Below are positions 59,972 through 64,000 of a stretch of DNA of 64,000 nucleotides, piece after piece. The notes beneath the pieces are model-generated. The model did no database searches, was not told where the DNA came from, and saw only the letters and a list, made by a program, of their open reading frames with translations. Source of the stretch: Rubripirellula sp. GTDB lineage: Bacteria; Planctomycetota; Planctomycetia; Pirellulales; Pirellulaceae. The translations under genes and the position numbers were made by a program. The DNA lies in contig OZ244207.1 of assembly GCA_965216875.1 (NCBI GenBank), forward strand, positions 6,688,001 to 6,752,000, given 5' to 3'. Position 1 is the first letter of the stretch; every line of letters begins with the position of its first letter.

Positions 59972-61225
59972 ATGGAAGCCGGATCACGCTCGGGTCGTTT
60001 TTTGTTGGCATTGGCTGCTTTTCTCTCTCTCGGGTTCATGACCGAGACGTCGAAAGCAGGTGATGCACGCTCACAAAACTTCATCGTGTTTGCTCAGGAC
60101 CCACACCTCGCCCAAGCGGTGTGTCAGGCAGCGGAAAAGTATCGGCGCGATCTAGCGCAATACTGGTTAGGCCGTGAACTGCCGCCGTGGCCAGCACCCT
60201 GCCCCATCCGTGTGGTCTCGGGAAGAAACCTGGCTGCTCAGGGAGTAACGACCTACAACCCATCGCCGGTTCGCGACTTTCAAATGGAAGTGGTGGGGAC
60301 GCAGCAACGAATCCTCGATAGCGTTCTGCCGCACGAAGTGACTCATACGGTTTTGGCAACCCACTTCGGCCGGCCGCTGCCGCGATGGGCCGACGAAGGC
60401 ATTTGCACCACGGTTGAGCACGCCTCGGAGCGCAGCAAGCATGAAGCAAAGCTCCGCGAATTCTTGCGAAGCCGCCGTGGAATCGCGATGAACAAGCTCT
60501 TTTTGCTCAAAGAGTACCCAGCTGACATTCTGCCAATGTATGCACAAGGCTATTCGGTCTGTCAGTTTCTGATCGCCCAGAAAGGCCCACGTGTCTTTAT
60601 CGAGTTCCTGCAAGACTACATGCAGCGTCCGTCATGGACGGCAAACGTCAAGAAACACTACGACTACGACTCGTTGAAAGAGCTCCAAGATTATTGGCTC
60701 GCTTGGGTCGACCAAGGTAGCCAAGACGTCACCAATTTTGTGAAGGCTCAACCCCCTCAAGCACCTTTGGCAACTCAAGCACCTGTGGCGCTCGCATCGG
60801 CAACACAGCCCCCACGCGCTCAAGCCAATGTCCAGCAAGCAGGCTCGGGAGTCCAGCGTTTGGGGGGAGCACGTACACCGCTTGCCCTGCACGATGCACG
60901 AGGCAACGGTGCGGCTGTGGCAAGCCCCGCGGGATCATCCAGCAGCCCTCGAATCGCTTCGAGTGCGATGGGTGGCATTGCTCATTCCGGAATTTTGCCG
61001 CCACCGACCAAACCGACTCAGGGCACCGCCCTGGCTAGCGCGGTCGATCAGGGCTGGTATCAAAGAAGGCGTGAAGGGGTGGCCAATCAAGGTACTGCAG
61101 CTGAGGCGAATACGAGCGTACGTGCGATGGTTCCCCCATCGGTCCGAGATAGCGGCCGGTACAGCTCCGCTCAACCTCAGCCCGAGCAACGGATTTCGCG
61201 GGGCGGTTACATCCTCCAGCCCTGA
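59972..61225 (+). CDS. Secreted gluzincin-like (peptidase MA-like) protein with low-complexity C-terminus
   Basis: HEVTH..PRWADEG and YAQGYS motifs; signal peptide; AGGAG RBS. Confidence 0.8.
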   Translation: MEAGSRSGRFLLALAAFLSLGFMTETSKAGDARSQNFIVFAQDPHLAQAVCQAAEKYRRDLAQYWLGRELPPWPAPCPIRVVSGRNLAAQGVTTYNPSPVRDFQMEVVGTQQRILDSVLPHEVTHTVLATHFGRPLPRWADEGICTTVEHASERSKHEAKLREFLRSRRGIAMNKLFLLKEYPADILPMYAQGYSVCQFLIAQKGPRVFIEFLQDYMQRPSWTANVKKHYDYDSLKELQDYWLAWVDQGSQDVTNFVKAQPPQAPLATQAPVALASATQPPRAQANVQQAGSGVQRLGGARTPLALHDARGNGAAVASPAGSSSSPRIASSAMGGIAHSGILPPPTKPTQGTALASAVDQGWYQRRREGVANQGTAAEANTSVRAMVPPSVRDSGRYSSAQPQPEQRISRGGYILQP

Positions 61226-61480
61226 ACGCTGTCGTCCCCCGACCGAGACACCGGCAAACTTTCACCACCTTGACAACCGGTCAGATCGACTACCGCAAGC
61301 GAAAGAAACCTGCTATTTTCCTTTCTTGCGCGGCATTGTTCGCGTCTCGTAAAGCAGTTTTCTGCTGTTGAACCCCCAGAGGGATTTCTAGGAAGTCGGG
61401 TCTTGGCGCAGGCCGACCCTTGAGCCAGTCTACTCAACCTGCCTAAATCCTCGCGGCAACCTTTACAACGAAATCAAGTC

Positions 61481-61579
61481 ATGGCCAAACCACAACACAA
61501 AATTAAAAAAGCCAATCATGGCCGCCGTCCGGCCAGTGCAAAGGCACGCAAAGCAAAGCGTAAGAAAATCAAAACCTGA
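61481..61579 (+). CDS. 32-aa basic protein, bL37-like 50S ribosomal protein (absent from the ORF track)
   Basis: MAKPQHKIKKANHGRRPASAKARKAKRKKIKT*; contains the KANHG(K/R)RP motif. Confidence 0.85.
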   Translation: MAKPQHKIKKANHGRRPASAKARKAKRKKIKT

Positions 61580-61612
61580 TCCGATTCTTTCAATCACGAA
61601 CCTAGGCTGATT

Positions 61613-62143
61613 GTGCCCAAGAGCGACTACCTGATCGATCTGTCACTGTTGGATTTGGACAATCCGATCGCTGATCTCGAAGCGATCCGAGAACTCAATC
61701 CTCAGCGGCACGAAATGGAACAGCTAACCTCGGTCCTTTACGAGGACCTGGACAGGCACTGCTGCGCGGCGCTCAAAGAGATCACCGCCGACGAGTTCTG
61801 GGTTCGCGGACACATGCCCGGCATGCCTTTGATGCCGGGTGTGGTGATGCTTGAAGCGGTGGCTCAGCTATCGAGCTATTTCACGCAAAAGCACGATCTA
61901 TTGGGAGCCGACATGGTTGGCTTCGGCGGCGTCGACGATGTCCGATTTCGCGGTGTCGTGACTCCAGGAGACCGTCTGATTTTGATGGTCGAGATGATCA
62001 AGGTTCGCAAAGGCCGTATGATCGTCGCCAAGTTCCAAGGTGTTGTGAACGAGAACATCGTCCTGGAAGGCGTCTTGCGAGGCATCCCGATTCCAGTCGA
62101 ATCGGTCGAAAACCTGCTCGCCCAAAAAGCCGATCAGGCTTAG
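61613..62143 (+). CDS. FabA/FabZ-family 3-hydroxyacyl-ACP dehydratase
   Basis: NPQRHEM, GHMPGMPLMPGVVMLE and FRGVVTPGD motifs. Confidence 0.9.
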   Translation: MPKSDYLIDLSLLDLDNPIADLEAIRELNPQRHEMEQLTSVLYEDLDRHCCAALKEITADEFWVRGHMPGMPLMPGVVMLEAVAQLSSYFTQKHDLLGADMVGFGGVDDVRFRGVVTPGDRLILMVEMIKVRKGRMIVAKFQGVVNENIVLEGVLRGIPIPVESVENLLAQKADQA

Positions 62144-62152
62144 CCTTTCTCG

Positions 62153-62397
62153 GTGAGCCGAGACTCGCGTAAGCGGTACGGCTTTTCTTGTGCGCACTAC
62201 ACTGACCTGTTGTGCCGGATCTGCGTCGCTGTCGCTCCTTGATCCGGCCTACGTTGTGAGCCGAGACTCGCGTTAGCGGCCGGGTTCTCTCGCACTTATT
62301 CCAAGGGCCAACTGCAAGGGCCCGAGGCCTAACGGCCTGCGGCTCACGGGCCGGGAATGCCGGATCTGTGTCGCTGTCGCTACTTGATCGGGCCTAC
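62153..62397. repeat. Composite REP hotspot (GTGAGCCGAGACTCGCG and GTAGGCCGGATC families interleaved)
   Basis: Copies at 62153, 62213-62252, 62256, 62315-62347 and 62358-62397. Confidence 0.9.
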
Positions 62398-63629
62398 GCG
62401 TTGGGACCGATTGATTCGCCTCGCGCGTGGCGTGCAAGTGTTTCCTGGTACTTGCGTTTGCCATCTTCGACCGTTTTGCGGATCGCTTTGGTGCTCTCTT
62501 CGCTTTCTTTGCGAAGCTCGGCGATCATTTGCAGCGATTCGATTTGGAAGTCGCTGATGGCGTCGACAAGCTTCTGGACGGATTCGGGATTGATGGTGCT
62601 GCCGTAACCAGCCTTGAGTGCGGCACGCTCGAGTTCGCGACCGAGATCGGCGATGTCTTCAAGTCCTTTATTGACGCCGTCTTTCATTGCCTCGGTGGCC
62701 TGAGTGACTTCGTGCAGGCCGTGTTGAGCGGTGTAGACCGTTCCAAGGATCGTGAAGACGTGTTCGTTCGTGGTGAAGAACGTCACGGAACGTCGATACA
62801 CACGTTCTTTGACGTCGTGGGTTTGCTTTAGCTTGGCGATCAATGTCTCGCCAACGTCATAACCGATCTCCAAGTTCTCGGCGATGTCTTTGAGCAACTG
62901 GTAGGTCTCGTCTTCCTTTTCGTAGCGATGACGGGCTTCATCGCGAGCGAGTTCCAACTCGCTTTTTCCGCCTTCATCAGTGCCGGTGTAGTTATCCAAA
63001 GCGTCTTGTGCCGACGAGAGTGCGTCCTTGGCTGCCTGCAAAGTTGGGCCATGCGAATCATAGACTTCGCGTGCCAGCACTTCGGCTTCTTTGAGTGCGA
63101 AGCGGAAATCGATGTAGCCATCCATGATGCGCTCTTCGCTTTTGAGCGCTTCCTTGGTGTCTTTGGCGACTTCGCTGTAGACCTCGACGATCTTTTCGAA
63201 TCGATCGCTGGGAGTGCCGCGTCGCATCTTCATCCACCAGTTCGATAGCTTTTCAGTGCCGCTGATGCGACCATCGTCGAGCTGGGCGATCAATCGCTTG
63301 CTGTCTTCCCGAACCGAATCGAACATCTGAGTGATGTCCATGTAGCGATTGCCGACCGAGACGCTTTCGACGTTTTCTCGAACCAACGCATTGAAGGCGC
63401 TCATGTGCTGGATGACATCCGCGATCGCCAACACCTTGGTTTCGTCGACATGCTTGACGCTTTCGAGCAGCGTCAGCATCTCTTGCGGCGCGGTCTGGGA
63501 GCTGTCGATTTGAAAATCTTTGAGTACGCCGACGGCGCGATCGAGGTAGTCACGGTACTTGGTAGCACGGCCTTCGGACTGGGTGGATTGATTGGGTTCT
63601 GGGGCGGGCGCTTGAGCTTGCTCTGACAT
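62394..63629 (-). CDS. Conserved helical/coiled-coil protein (possibly TelA-like)
   Basis: 411-aa all-helical ORF with strongly biased codons; family assignment uncertain. Confidence 0.75.
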   Translation of the reverse strand: MSEQAQAPAPEPNQSTQSEGRATKYRDYLDRAVGVLKDFQIDSSQTAPQEMLTLLESVKHVDETKVLAIADVIQHMSAFNALVRENVESVSVGNRYMDITQMFDSVREDSKRLIAQLDDGRISGTEKLSNWWMKMRRGTPSDRFEKIVEVYSEVAKDTKEALKSEERIMDGYIDFRFALKEAEVLAREVYDSHGPTLQAAKDALSSAQDALDNYTGTDEGGKSELELARDEARHRYEKEDETYQLLKDIAENLEIGYDVGETLIAKLKQTHDVKERVYRRSVTFFTTNEHVFTILGTVYTAQHGLHEVTQATEAMKDGVNKGLEDIADLGRELERAALKAGYGSTINPESVQKLVDAISDFQIESLQMIAELRKESEESTKAIRKTVEDGKRKYQETLARHARGESIGPNA

Positions 63630-63853
63630 GACCGAAGTGAATCTCCACACAGTTGATTTTGATGAGTCGCGCGAGCAAGATGGCTCGCGCCTGTTGATGT
63701 TGTTTCTTGCCGGATGTTTTTAATACCGATTCCGCGACCCCCTAAGGTTAGCGCGTCGATGCGGGCTTCGCAATCGTTGTCGGCATCCAAGTGGGGCACG
63801 AAAAGGACTCACATCGGGCGTGAAATTGCCAAACGACGACTTTGAGTTCTTTT

Positions 63854-63969
63854 TGAGCCGAGACTCGCATAAGCGGGGCCCAGAGTCATTGGGCCCAGAG
63901 TCTCTGGGGCCTGAGACATTGGGCAAAGGCGGCCAAAGCCCCAGGCCTGACGGCCTGACGGCTCACGGC
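63854..63969. repeat. REP doublet with an internal 15-bp tandem repeat
   Basis: TGAGCCGAGACTCGCATAAGCGG at 63854; GGGCCCAGAGTCATT-like units at 63876, 63891 and 63906; inverse GGCCTGACGG..GGCTCAC at ~63944-63967. Confidence 0.8.
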
Positions 63970-64000
63970 TTGGAATGTTACGCACCTGTCGTTTTGCCGG

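Noticed and set aside
53097..62143. Two FabZ-like genes as a specialised lipid/PKS cluster
   Set aside because: They are 8 kb apart on opposite strands with no ACP or ketosynthase genes nearby.

Overview
Chromosomal window of a planctomycete, probably Pirellulaceae (Rhodopirellula/Rubripirellula/Stieleria-like). This is inferred from the sulfatases, DUF1501/DUF1800 pairs, an LEPLEQRRLL/dockerin surface protein and an ECF sigma-Ser/Thr kinase pair. It holds about 45 protein genes and a tRNA-Pro(CGG). Housekeeping genes include gyrA, gap, nadE, moaA, birA, two FabA/FabZ-type dehydratases and two purine nucleoside phosphorylases. The first ~12 kb is an accessory, eroding region: a TetR-controlled alcohol/aldehyde dehydrogenase module with two visible operators, a Cys-rich orphan, a REP-associated tyrosine transposase (RAYT) inside its own REP array, a Ntn-hydrolase plus IS remnant bracketed by a 139-bp direct repeat, and an internally deleted GDPD fusion. 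The most striking unexplained structure is non-coding. At least a dozen distinct short repeat families (mostly palindromic, REP-type) recur across the window. They are stacked and nested at convergent gene ends, sometimes supply stop codons, and include a complete RAYT-type REP doublet found again 30 kb away and a family resembling E. coli REP. Other notable items: a 32-aa bL37-like ribosomal protein missing from the ORF track; an Asp/Asn-divergent PNP pair followed by a split, degenerate glutamate-synthase-like module; a duplicated DUF1800-DUF1501 pair flanking a 1682-aa surface protein; and a mini-protein carrying only the DUF1559 C-terminal motif. All family calls come from motif recognition by eye; no database searches were run.
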